From NCBI GenBank assembly GCA_027319905.1, contig DAHVMJ010000007.1, forward strand, positions 1 through 37,083: a stretch of 37,083 nt of DNA, given 5' to 3'. Under the pieces are notes generated by a model. The model worked only from the letters and a program-made list of their open reading frames with translations. It did no database searches and was not told the origin of the DNA. The translations under genes were made by a program, and so were the position numbers. Origin of the DNA: Candidatus Micrarchaeota archaeon (GTDB lineage Archaea > Micrarchaeota > Micrarchaeia > Micrarchaeales > CABMGC01). This document shows positions 15,899 to 24,535 of this stretch, one piece after another (position 1 is the stretch's first letter; every line of letters starts with the position of its first letter).

Positions 15899-18800
15899 TT
15901 AGCATGACAGAGACACTGTTATTCCCTGAGCGTAGGTGCCCGCGGGCTGCCCCTTTGGTATGTTTACGCCGAAGTATATTGTGTTTGATACCGTGGGCGA
16001 TACGTAGAGCAGTGTGTTTGTGCTTATCGAGTTTGTCAGTGCGTTCGCAGGCATGTTGCTGCTGCCGTCACTGGTGGGATTCCACAGAGTGTTGCTCACC
16101 CCGAACTTGTTTCCTCCTGAGACCCAGTTGCCCGTGTTGCTGTCGCTGAGCGAGTATAGATAGATATATGTTGCTGCTGTGCCCGAGTCGGTCACCGTCT
16201 CCACATTGGCAGTTGGCGCGAAGAATCCTGCCTTTGTTGTCGGGAACGTTATGAGCGTGTTTGAGATTGTGGGCACGCATGTGGCCGATGATATCGTTAT
16301 CGTGTTCTGTATGGAGTTGAATGTGTACGGGTTGGTTGTACCGAGGTCCGTGACAATGGCGTTGTAGGTGTACGACCCCGAGGTCCCGACAGTGAATGCT
16401 ATTGTGTTGCTACCTCCTGGGGAGGTGATTATTACGTTGCACGGCGGCGTTTTTCCGTCGGCGCAGGCCTGCTTACTGCCCGATACGTTGTAGAGCTCCG
16501 CCGTGAACTGGCCCGTTCCTCCGTTGACCCCTATCGTGTACGTTTCCAACGTGCTCGGACCGGGGCTTGAAGAACTCGGAGTCAGGGTCGCTGCGGGCTT
16601 GGTGTTTATCGTTATCTGCGGCGTGTTCGCTGTATTGACGGTGTTGCCTGTGGAGGTATCCAGGGAGTTGTCGACCACGAAGCCGTTGAACGCCCACAGG
16701 CCCTCTATGGTGGTACTGCTTGTGGTTACCTGGTAGTTGGTGCCGCTCCACGTATACTGCAGATCTGTGTCAGAAAGGGGGGAGAGTGTGAGCGAGAGAG
16801 CATTCGTTGCCGTGGGAAGAGATGTAGTTATTGTGTTGGTTGACGATACAGTATTGGGAGCTATCCACTGCCAGTTGCCAGTATAAGGAGGCAGGCCATT
16901 GAATGCCGTTGTGCTGAACGTGTATGTCTGGCCGACATCAACTGTCGCGCTACCAATGGTAGCAGGAAGTATATTCAGTGACGCAAGTACAACTATGCCT
17001 GCTCCGTTTGTGACGTAGTCGTATGTGGCTATGTTGCCACTCCCTCCTGTGCCGCCAGTATATGTTCCTGCGCCGCCGCTTCCTCCCGCCACCGAAACGC
17101 TTCCAGTGGAAGGCGCAGAGCCGCCATATGCTAGAACTACTGTTCCGCCACCGCCACCGCCAGAGCCTCCAGAGGTATGGCTTCCTTTACCGGATGGCGC
17201 CGGACCGGCTGCGCCTGCGGTAGCAAGTGTAGCACCACCAGCAAATCCGCCGGACTTAGCTGTGCTGCCGCTTGATGTTCCCGCAGTCCCTGTAGCTGTT
17301 ATTGTTCCAGCGCTTATGCTATAAGCCTGCATGTACAAGCCGTAGCTGCCCGCGCCGCCGTTGTCGGTGCAGCCATCTGCACCGCCTCCTGCCGCAGAGA
17401 GATAGTTGCTGAACCCGCCACTGGCCCACGTTTCTATATCAGAAGCTGTGACTGTTATCGAAGGGGTGCTTCCGGCCCCGCCACTGCCTGCCGTAGGCCC
17501 GCAACCAGATCCGCCTCCTCCAGAGCCTCCGTACGAGCTTGTGAATCCGCTTCCTGCCGCGCCGCTCCCGCCGTTTGCCGGATTACCAGCGAGTATTGTC
17601 CCGCTGTTCGTTATCGTACCGTTGCACAGTATGGCGTAGCCATCTGTGGTGAGCGTGTTGCCTGAGGATATGGTGAGCGAGCCGCAGACCAGGTTGCTGC
17701 CCAGTACCGTGCCTGTGGGTGGGTTATAGTTTGAGAACGCGGTGGAATAGAAGAGGTATATGGTGGGGTCTATGGAACTGTAGTTTGCGTTGCCTTGCGC
17801 ATCGAACACTATCTTTGTCGGCTGGCTTATAGGCACGTTGTTGTAGTTGAATCCTTTGCTCACAGCGTTCGAGTACGAAGTGCCTTGCGCCTTCAGTGAC
17901 CCGCCCACATAGATAGAGTAGGTGTAGTTGAGTGTGTTGTTTCCCTGTGTGGAGCTGAAGAGCTGCGGCGAGATAGAGTAGGTGCTCTGCGGATACAGAT
18001 GCGGAACGCCATTTATCACGACTGGCGTGTATACCGACTGCAGCAGCGTGATGTTGCCCATGGCAGAATTGGTGGTGAAGTTGCCGATCTTGACGTGCAG
18101 GTCTGGAACCCGCTTGTTGACGCTCAGCGCATACTCCGTTACGCTGCTGTTTCCGTTGTATTGTACGTAATAGAGCGTCTTGCCTGCGCCGAGCACGCGT
18201 CCGTTCTGCGACACGTCGCCGTAGCTCACGTTGACTTGCAGGTGGTTTATACTGGCGCCCATGCTGAGCAGTTTCGAGGTAATGAGGTTGAGCTGGCCCA
18301 GGTTTAGGGCGCTCGTGTTGTTCAGCTGTGCGCCTGATGTGCCGTTGACTAGATTAGACGCATAACTCGAGACTAGATCAGAGACGAGCGTATAGTTTAT
18401 GCTAGACGCCACAGGGATGGGCGCGCTGGTGCTTATGTTAGTTGAGGAAGAGGTGCTGGACGTTGAGGACGACGCTGTGGCGGTCGTTGTGTTTGCAGGC
18501 TTCGACACCGTTATACTGTTGCTTCCCGTGGCTATCGAGTTGGCCGAGTCCGATACGTTCACGTCTATCATCACCAGCCCGATGTCGTTAGTTGTCTGCG
18601 GCAGCAGGAAGACGAAGCTGTTACTTGCAAGCGAATTATTGAACGATGCGGATGCGATGACGTTGCTGGCGAGCGAGTTGCGAGCGAAGAATGAGAAGAG
18701 GTAGGGCGGAAGGCCTCCAGATACGGTAGCGGTGATCGTCTCTGTCTGGCCTTGAATCGGGACGGAGTTAGATGATACGAGTGAGTTGAACACGAGAGGC

Positions 18801-19006
18801 AGTATGCTGGTTGTCGATGCGGTGGTGCTCTGCGTGCTGGTGCTCGCGCTGCTCGTCGACGAGAGAGATGACGCAGACGACGATGTTGAGGTCGTTGTCT
18901 GGGTTGTCGAGTTTATGATTGTGTTCGCTGCTGGGATGAACTGCATGCAGAGAAGCAGGCAGGTGATCGCTACAACGAGCACTACCGTGTGTCGCCCGTG
19001 TACCAT
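15899..19006 (-). CDS. Large exported adhesin-like protein with Gly-rich domain and C-terminal pilin-like domain
   Basis: Signal peptide, Ser/Thr linkers, Ig/PKD-like segments, Gly-rich block, last 126 aa paralogous to the small subunits, no TM anchor. Confidence 0.8.
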   Translation of the reverse strand: MVHGRHTVVLVVAITCLLLCMQFIPAANTIINSTTQTTTSTSSSASSLSSTSSASTSTQSTTASTTSILPLVFNSLVSSNSVPIQGQTETITATVSGGLPPYLFSFFARNSLASNVIASASFNNSLASNSFVFLLPQTTNDIGLVMIDVNVSDSANSIATGSNSITVSKPANTTTATASSSTSSTSSSTNISTSAPIPVASSINYTLVSDLVSSYASNLVNGTSGAQLNNTSALNLGQLNLITSKLLSMGASINHLQVNVSYGDVSQNGRVLGAGKTLYYVQYNGNSSVTEYALSVNKRVPDLHVKIGNFTTNSAMGNITLLQSVYTPVVINGVPHLYPQSTYSISPQLFSSTQGNNTLNYTYSIYVGGSLKAQGTSYSNAVSKGFNYNNVPISQPTKIVFDAQGNANYSSIDPTIYLFYSTAFSNYNPPTGTVLGSNLVCGSLTISSGNTLTTDGYAILCNGTITNSGTILAGNPANGGSGAAGSGFTSSYGGSGGGGSGCGPTAGSGGAGSTPSITVTASDIETWASGGFSNYLSAAGGGADGCTDNGGAGSYGLYMQAYSISAGTITATGTAGTSSGSTAKSGGFAGGATLATAGAAGPAPSGKGSHTSGGSGGGGGGTVVLAYGGSAPSTGSVSVAGGSGGAGTYTGGTGGSGNIATYDYVTNGAGIVVLASLNILPATIGSATVDVGQTYTFSTTAFNGLPPYTGNWQWIAPNTVSSTNTITTSLPTATNALSLTLSPLSDTDLQYTWSGTNYQVTTSSTTIEGLWAFNGFVVDNSLDTSTGNTVNTANTPQITINTKPAATLTPSSSSPGPSTLETYTIGVNGGTGQFTAELYNVSGSKQACADGKTPPCNVIITSPGGSNTIAFTVGTSGSYTYNAIVTDLGTTNPYTFNSIQNTITISSATCVPTISNTLITFPTTKAGFFAPTANVETVTDSGTAATYIYLYSLSDSNTGNWVSGGNKFGVSNTLWNPTSDGSSNMPANALTNSISTNTLLYVSPTVSNTIYFGVNIPKGQPAGTYAQGITVSLSC

Positions 19007-19073
19007 ATCCTACTATTAGTATGATATGTAATTTTAACCATATCGCAAAATCTCAGGAGAGGCAAACTGCCAG

Positions 19074-20066
19074 TTATCTCTTTCGCTTGGATGCCCTTTT
19101 AGGCCTGGCCTTTGAGCGCCTCTTTGACATTGCCGACTTGACCTTGCGCAGAGCACTTGCCTCGCTCCGCAGCTGCGTTGCCTGTCTTTGGCGTTCACTC
19201 TCCTGCTTTGCCATCTCGTTCTCTCTTGCCTTCTCCGCGGCGAGCAAGGCGCGCTTCGCCTCCTGCGCCTTGCTCCTCTCACTCTCGGCCACGTGCCTCT
19301 TCCAGCTGTAGAAGTTAGGCCCATGCGACGATGCGCGCTTCGCCTTATCCGCATAGGTCTTTGCAAGCTTCCTCATTGCAGCGGTAAACGGCGAGTCGGA
19401 ACTGCTCAGCGACGCTGGTATGCGCGCCGCGAGGCTCTCGCTTACGAGCACGTCCTCTGGAAGCAGCGCTGCTGTCTTGCCTCCCCAAGCGCCTTCTATC
19501 TCCCTGGGCCTGAGTTCGTAGCTCTTTCCCGTTATCCTGTTTAGCGTGAGCGAGTACCTGCTGCGCGATCCCTTCAGCTCCTCCGCGAGTCTTAGCGCGC
19601 TGGTCAGCGCAGGCAGATCCGGAGTCGCAACTATCACAGCGTCATCGAACGGCATTGTGTCCTCCTCCTGCTGGAGCCCGGGCGCAGTGTCTATGACAAC
19701 GAAGTCGTAGTTGCAGCCGTCGAGCTGCCTGAACAGGTGAGTGGTGTGCTTGGTGTTCATCTGGAACGGCCTCGTGTGAAGCGTGCCCAGTATGCAGTGC
19801 ACGCCGCTGGATCCGTGCACGGCGATCACCTCTCCGAGGTTCGACCCTTTCGCCACCAGGTCCTCGAACCCTATGTTGACGCCTTCCATTCCGAGGTGCA
19901 GCCCCACTGCAGGGTTGTCGGTGTCGGCATCGATCAGCAGCACCCGCTTGTTGAGTAGCTTGAGCGCCATGGCTAGGTTTACCGCCACCGTGGTCTTGCC
20001 CACGCCGCCTTTCTGGCTCAGCACTCCTATGATGTATGGTCTAAGCAAACGATCACGCATTTCCAT
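19074..20066 (-). CDS. MinD/ParA-family ATPase with charged C-terminal extension
   Basis: Deviant Walker A KGGVGKTT, LLIDAD, VVIDTAPG, ATPDLPAL, LNRI, LPED; 14-nt overlap with the upstream gene. Confidence 0.9.
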   Translation of the reverse strand: MEMRDRLLRPYIIGVLSQKGGVGKTTVAVNLAMALKLLNKRVLLIDADTDNPAVGLHLGMEGVNIGFEDLVAKGSNLGEVIAVHGSSGVHCILGTLHTRPFQMNTKHTTHLFRQLDGCNYDFVVIDTAPGLQQEEDTMPFDDAVIVATPDLPALTSALRLAEELKGSRSRYSLTLNRITGKSYELRPREIEGAWGGKTAALLPEDVLVSESLAARIPASLSSSDSPFTAAMRKLAKTYADKAKRASSHGPNFYSWKRHVAESERSKAQEAKRALLAAEKARENEMAKQESERQRQATQLRSEASALRKVKSAMSKRRSKARPKRASKRKR

Positions 20067-22386
20067 CCTTCTTCTCTATTGTGTCCTTTATCTCCTTCAG
20101 CTTCCTCATCCTCTCCAGGCGCATGTCCTCCTCCTTTCTCCTTGCCTCGCTTTCCGCAGAGCTCTCAGAAGATTCGCGTTCACGGTGTCTCGCCCTGCCC
20201 ACAGCAAGCATGTGTTTTATCATCTTGACATGCTGCGATACGACAGGCCTTCTCTCGCCTTCGCGAGCCTCTCCAGGTTCATTCCCGCCCTCGTGTTCTG
20301 GTCGTTTCGCTGGGCCAGGGATGTGCCTCTGCGCCCTGAGCGAAGGAGCTACACGGGAGATGATAAGCATGGCAATTATTATAAAGAGTATTGTGAACGC
20401 GAGAGTGGTGCTGCTCGACTGGCTGCCAAATATGTTCAGGTTGGGTGTGCCGCTCTGCGCGAGCACCAGTACTGGGAAGGTCTGGGTCACGGTGTTATTT
20501 TCTACGTCTATCGTAAGCGTAAGGAGTTTTGTCCCTGTCTGGGAAGCGAGCAATGAGAAGTTGGCGTTGAAGAGCTGGTTTGGAGTAACGTTTTCAACTA
20601 TGACCGGATTGGCTATCGTGGTGTCCGGAGGTCCGGTGAGACTCAGGGTAAGAGTGGTAGGCTGAGCGCCGGTGTACAGAATCTGGGCGCCGATGTCGCC
20701 AGAGACGCTCTGGTAAAATGTCGGCAGCTGCACATTGGTTACGCGTATCAGTTGAGCTGGACTGATGGGCGCCGGCGCAACGAAAGCGGTCTGCACATAC
20801 TTAAGCAGTTGCTGCCTGTTGGGCTTGTTGATGTTGTAGTAGCCATAGACGCTTGCGCCTTTCGGCACGAACGGTATAAACCAGTTGATGGTGAATGTGT
20901 TGTTTGACTGGGAGATGCTTGCCTGAAGGCCGAATGTCGTCACCTGCGAAACGTTGGCAACAACGCCGGGAGGAACCACCGTCTGCATGCGCACCTGTGA
21001 CAGGTTGCTGTCGTTCGGCGCGCTTATCTGTATTATTCCTGTGGCGACCTGCGTGTTGTTAATCACGTTGATCTGGTTGATCATGTATGGCTGTGTAGCA
21101 TTCCTCACATAGATGGTCGAGGAGATGTACTCTGTCTGGTTAACCGTCTTTCCGTTAGAGCTTGTGGTTATGTTGAGCGGTATCACGTATGTTCCTAGCG
21201 TCGAGTTGTTTGGGGCGCTGAACAGAAGGTTGACGTTTATCGTCTGCCCGGGGTCAAGCACAATGCTTCCTGCAGACACACTCATGAGGTTTGAGAACTG
21301 TGGCGGCACTGACAGCTTGATGTTCTCCGTATTTACTCCAGTGTTCTGGAAGCCCATGTTTGAAAGGGTCGTTGTGCCGCGAAGCAGAGTGATGAAGAGC
21401 GGCGCGTAGGTTATGTAGAGCCGGGGTATCTGAGTGATTGGGGCGCTTAGGAGCGATTCGTTCTCCAGCACTGCGACCACAGGGTCATTGCTGTTGAGCC
21501 TGAAGCTTACAGAGCAGGCGGCAGCATCGACACTGTACGGGGAGATGAGAGCCCACGACTTACCTACCAGTTTGTACGGCGCTACGGTAGGCGAGGGGGT
21601 TGAGCACGGATACTTTACAGTGATGTTCATGAGGACCAGCGCGCTCGATGTCAGGTTGATATTGGTTGCGGATAGCATCCTGAGTCCTGTCGGAAGCCCT
21701 GGCGATGAGTATGTTACATTCTGTATCTCTGCCAGCACGGGCGCAGATGTGGAGGAGTTTACCGACAAACGTATAGTCGAGATGGTGCTCGCGTAGTGTA
21801 TCGTCTCTCCGAGCGCCGAGGAGATGTTGAATACGTATACGCTCGGAGGCACGACAGGATACGTAGGCACCGAAGGCGCCCCGCCACCGCCGCCTCCACC
21901 GCCTCCGCCCCCGCCACCTCCGCCTGTGCTTGGTGTGACCACCGTGTACGAGAGTGAGGGTATGTTTGTGTACTTGAGTGTGTTGCTCTGGTCAAGGTAG
22001 TTGCCCACTATGTTTGCGCTGTAGCTTCCGGCTATCTGCGTGGCGTTGGTGAGTGTGACTATGTCAACAGCATTTGCTGGCCATGGATTAAGAGCGTTCA
22101 CGCTCTGCGTGTAGGATATGGGCGATGGGCCGGTGGTCTGCAGATACAAGCTTATCGGGCTGTTGGTTACGTAGTAGCCGTTGTTTAGAAGCGTGGCGGT
22201 GAAGGTCATCGATGAGCCTACCGTTACCTGATTTGCAGAGCTGGTGAACCCTGTTATCACTATGTTTGCAGATGGCTGCACCACGCTCACGCTCCCGGTT
22301 AGGGAGTTGGAGGTGGTTGCTGCTCCAGATATTCCCATGAGTAATGAGACTAGAAGCACTAACCCTAGATGCGGAGCGAATCGCAT
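20053..22386 (-). CDS. Large membrane-anchored surface protein (Ig-like domains, Gly15 linker, TM helix, ~95-aa charged cytoplasmic tail)
   Basis: Signal peptide, many NxS/T sequons, TM LAFTILFIIIAMLII, acidic/basic tail. Confidence 0.8.
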   Translation of the reverse strand: MRFAPHLGLVLLVSLLMGISGAATTSNSLTGSVSVVQPSANIVITGFTSSANQVTVGSSMTFTATLLNNGYYVTNSPISLYLQTTGPSPISYTQSVNALNPWPANAVDIVTLTNATQIAGSYSANIVGNYLDQSNTLKYTNIPSLSYTVVTPSTGGGGGGGGGGGGGGGAPSVPTYPVVPPSVYVFNISSALGETIHYASTISTIRLSVNSSTSAPVLAEIQNVTYSSPGLPTGLRMLSATNINLTSSALVLMNITVKYPCSTPSPTVAPYKLVGKSWALISPYSVDAAACSVSFRLNSNDPVVAVLENESLLSAPITQIPRLYITYAPLFITLLRGTTTLSNMGFQNTGVNTENIKLSVPPQFSNLMSVSAGSIVLDPGQTINVNLLFSAPNNSTLGTYVIPLNITTSSNGKTVNQTEYISSTIYVRNATQPYMINQINVINNTQVATGIIQISAPNDSNLSQVRMQTVVPPGVVANVSQVTTFGLQASISQSNNTFTINWFIPFVPKGASVYGYYNINKPNRQQLLKYVQTAFVAPAPISPAQLIRVTNVQLPTFYQSVSGDIGAQILYTGAQPTTLTLSLTGPPDTTIANPVIVENVTPNQLFNANFSLLASQTGTKLLTLTIDVENNTVTQTFPVLVLAQSGTPNLNIFGSQSSSTTLAFTILFIIIAMLIISRVAPSLRAQRHIPGPAKRPEHEGGNEPGEAREGERRPVVSQHVKMIKHMLAVGRARHRERESSESSAESEARRKEEDMRLERMRKLKEIKDTIEKKDGNA
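21880..21924 (-). repeat. 15 consecutive Gly codons (mixed GGN)
   Basis: 45-nt GGN tract inside the 777-aa ORF. Confidence 0.9.
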
Positions 22387-22491
22387 GCTTCACTTGAATG
22401 TTCAAGGCTTAAAAAGACTTCCTCGTAATTTTCAGCGCATGTTTGCTTGGGTTTTATATAACCGCCGAGCAAAAGAAGAAGTGTTGATCTG

Positions 22492-22743
22492 ATGATAGAC
22501 GCCATAGTTACATCGTTGGACAAGGACAATCTGCTCGTAACGCCCAACGGCGACGTTGATTTTTCTTCACTGGTTGGAAAGAGGGTCAGGTACAGGGACA
22601 ACAGCGACCGCATATGGACGGGAAGGGTCGTGTCATCCGATGAGCCCTACGCCACTGTCAAGTTTGACAACTTCCCCACGGGCCTTGGCCAGGGACAGAT
22701 AGTCCAGATACTTGAGGAAGGAGAGAAGGAAGACGCTGAATGA
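22492..22743 (+). CDS. Small beta-barrel protein resembling ribosomal eL33 (L35Ae), acidic and divergent
   Basis: SLVGKRVRY...WTGRVV...ATVKF..FPTGLGQGQIVQI follows the archaeal L35Ae pattern; TTTTATATAA upstream. Confidence 0.5.
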   Translation: MIDAIVTSLDKDNLLVTPNGDVDFSSLVGKRVRYRDNSDRIWTGRVVSSDEPYATVKFDNFPTGLGQGQIVQILEEGEKEDAE

Positions 22744-22745
22744 GC

Positions 22746-23588
22746 TCATTGCCTGGCGGCCGTTTTCAAACGCCTCAGTTCCTCAAGCGAGTTCTTCACC
22801 TGCGAAGCCGTCAGGTCGAGCCTTGAAGATAGCTGCAAAACATATTTTTCAAACTCTTCCTGGGTATTTCCGTAAGTCAACTGATGCCTGTCCCTGACCA
22901 ATAGAAAGGAAGCCGCAAGCATCCTCTCTTCTGACTTCGGTAGGCGAGCAAACGCCTCGCTTCTTTTCGCGATGTTTAGCTCTTTGTCTACTTCTGCCAG
23001 GTCGTCTAAAAGAAAGTGTGTGCTCCTCGCGATCTTCCGCATCGACACTTTGGAGTTGAAGGGCACCCCCGGAAGGCGCATCAGGCTTATTGCAGGCAGA
23101 ATCATGATGCAGGTGCTGCCGTGCTCCTCTGTAATTACATTGTTCCTAGACTTCGACAGCACCGACTCTACGAGGTCTCTCGCGCAATTCTCGAGTAGCC
23201 CAAACATAATCGCCCTTGCTCCGCTTTCCTCCTTAACCAAAGGAACGAACTTGTCGATACTTATCTTCACATTTCCATCAACAGTGTGTGTCGGCACGGA
23301 TATGCGGCTTTCTGTGGACGCATACAATATGTGAAGCTTTGCGTAGTTCCTCAGCTTGGTAGAGGGAGACTGTTCTCTCTTTTTCACCTTCACGTAGTCC
23401 CGCTCGCTCTTAAGGGATTCGGAGGCCTGATCATTCAGAGTTGCTGCTTTGGCGGTAACGCGCACGTCTATGAACTCATTGGCCCTTTTTTCTAGCAGTG
23501 CCACGAAGCTACGAGAATATTTGCTTATGTCCGTTTCTGAGATCTCGGGTGTGGCTCCAGAGCCGTCAACTTTAAGAGCGTTAATCAT
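22746..23588 (-). CDS. Hypothetical protein
   Basis: 280-aa ORF filling the gap between convergent and divergent neighbours; no motif recognised. Confidence 0.65.
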   Translation of the reverse strand: MINALKVDGSGATPEISETDISKYSRSFVALLEKRANEFIDVRVTAKAATLNDQASESLKSERDYVKVKKREQSPSTKLRNYAKLHILYASTESRISVPTHTVDGNVKISIDKFVPLVKEESGARAIMFGLLENCARDLVESVLSKSRNNVITEEHGSTCIMILPAISLMRLPGVPFNSKVSMRKIARSTHFLLDDLAEVDKELNIAKRSEAFARLPKSEERMLAASFLLVRDRHQLTYGNTQEEFEKYVLQLSSRLDLTASQVKNSLEELRRLKTAARQ

Positions 23589-23701
23589 AAGACTGACCTT
23601 AAAAGAATAAGTCCAGCCAGCGCTATTTATTACTTTCTGGCGAAACGTTCAACCTTTTTCGATACTGTTTTAAGCTTTAGAAACCAGAGTCTCTTGAGCC
23701 G

Positions 23702-24448
23702 ATGTCCATATTTAACGTATTTGGTCAGGGGAAGAAGCGCGGGCTGGTGCCCCGCGACGAAGGGTTCCGGATAGAGGACAGGGGATACGAGCGAGTGCTG
23801 AAGTACGATGGCATCACCTACTCGAAGCTGAGGGGCAGAGGCATCTACACCGGCGAGTACTGGGACTATTTCCTTCCTGTGGCGTATGCTTTCGCAACTC
23901 CAAGTATACTGTTGATAGGCTTGGGAGGTGGCACCATCGCGTTCCAGCTGTCGAGGCTGATGAGCGAGAGGCTTCGCCTTGACGTGGTGGAGCTCAGCCA
24001 AAGGGCTGTAGATCTGTCGCGCAGGTTCGCACCTGCCATCAAGGCGAACGTGATGGTTGGCGATGGCGCGGAGTACGTGGCCGCTACCGGCAAGAGGTAC
24101 GATGCGATACTGCTCGATGCATACACCTCATCGCAGATACCCGAACAGTTCCTCCAGAAGAAGTTCGTAGACGATGCCTACAACGCGCTATCGGATGATG
24201 GCGTGCTAGCGATAAACTATGCCATGGGGATGATGGGCATTCTGCGCTTTGCCGAGTACACCAAGAAGCTCAAGGAGAGGTTCCGCGTGTACAAGGTAAA
24301 CACGGCTGTCTTTGAGGGCAACGTCATACTTGTCTGCTCGAAGCGCCTCGGAAAGGAGGAGCTTCTTGACAGGATACGCGCGAGGATGCCAGGCAGCAGT
24401 GACAACGAGTTCCTTGCCAGGAACTACAGCAGGATGGACAGGCTCTAG
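23702..24448 (+). CDS. Spermidine-synthase-like class I SAM-dependent transferase
   Basis: ILLIGLGGG, DVVELS, VGDGAEYV, YDAILLDAY, GVLAIN. Confidence 0.85.
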   Translation: MSIFNVFGQGKKRGLVPRDEGFRIEDRGYERVLKYDGITYSKLRGRGIYTGEYWDYFLPVAYAFATPSILLIGLGGGTIAFQLSRLMSERLRLDVVELSQRAVDLSRRFAPAIKANVMVGDGAEYVAATGKRYDAILLDAYTSSQIPEQFLQKKFVDDAYNALSDDGVLAINYAMGMMGILRFAEYTKKLKERFRVYKVNTAVFEGNVILVCSKRLGKEELLDRIRARMPGSSDNEFLARNYSRMDRL

Positions 24449-24535
24449 CCTATTTTTTGAAGCGTATGCCTCCCAGCCAGGTCAGCGCCTTTGTCAGGAA
24501 GGGATGCGCGCCCATCGCGGGCTTCAGCACGCTCG

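Noticed and set aside
15899..16279. Diversity-generating retroelement TR/VR pair (adhesin C-terminus versus pilin 2)
   Set aside because: Both copies are coding, differences are not confined to adenines, and there is no reverse transcriptase in the window
19783..20665. Long plus-strand ORFs (257 and 194 aa) and similar antisense ORFs elsewhere
   Set aside because: Antisense shadows of well-supported minus-strand genes in GC-rich coding sequence
21880..21924. Poly-Gly tract as a phase-variable microsatellite
   Set aside because: Mixed GGN codons show selection for a protein linker rather than a pure slippage repeat
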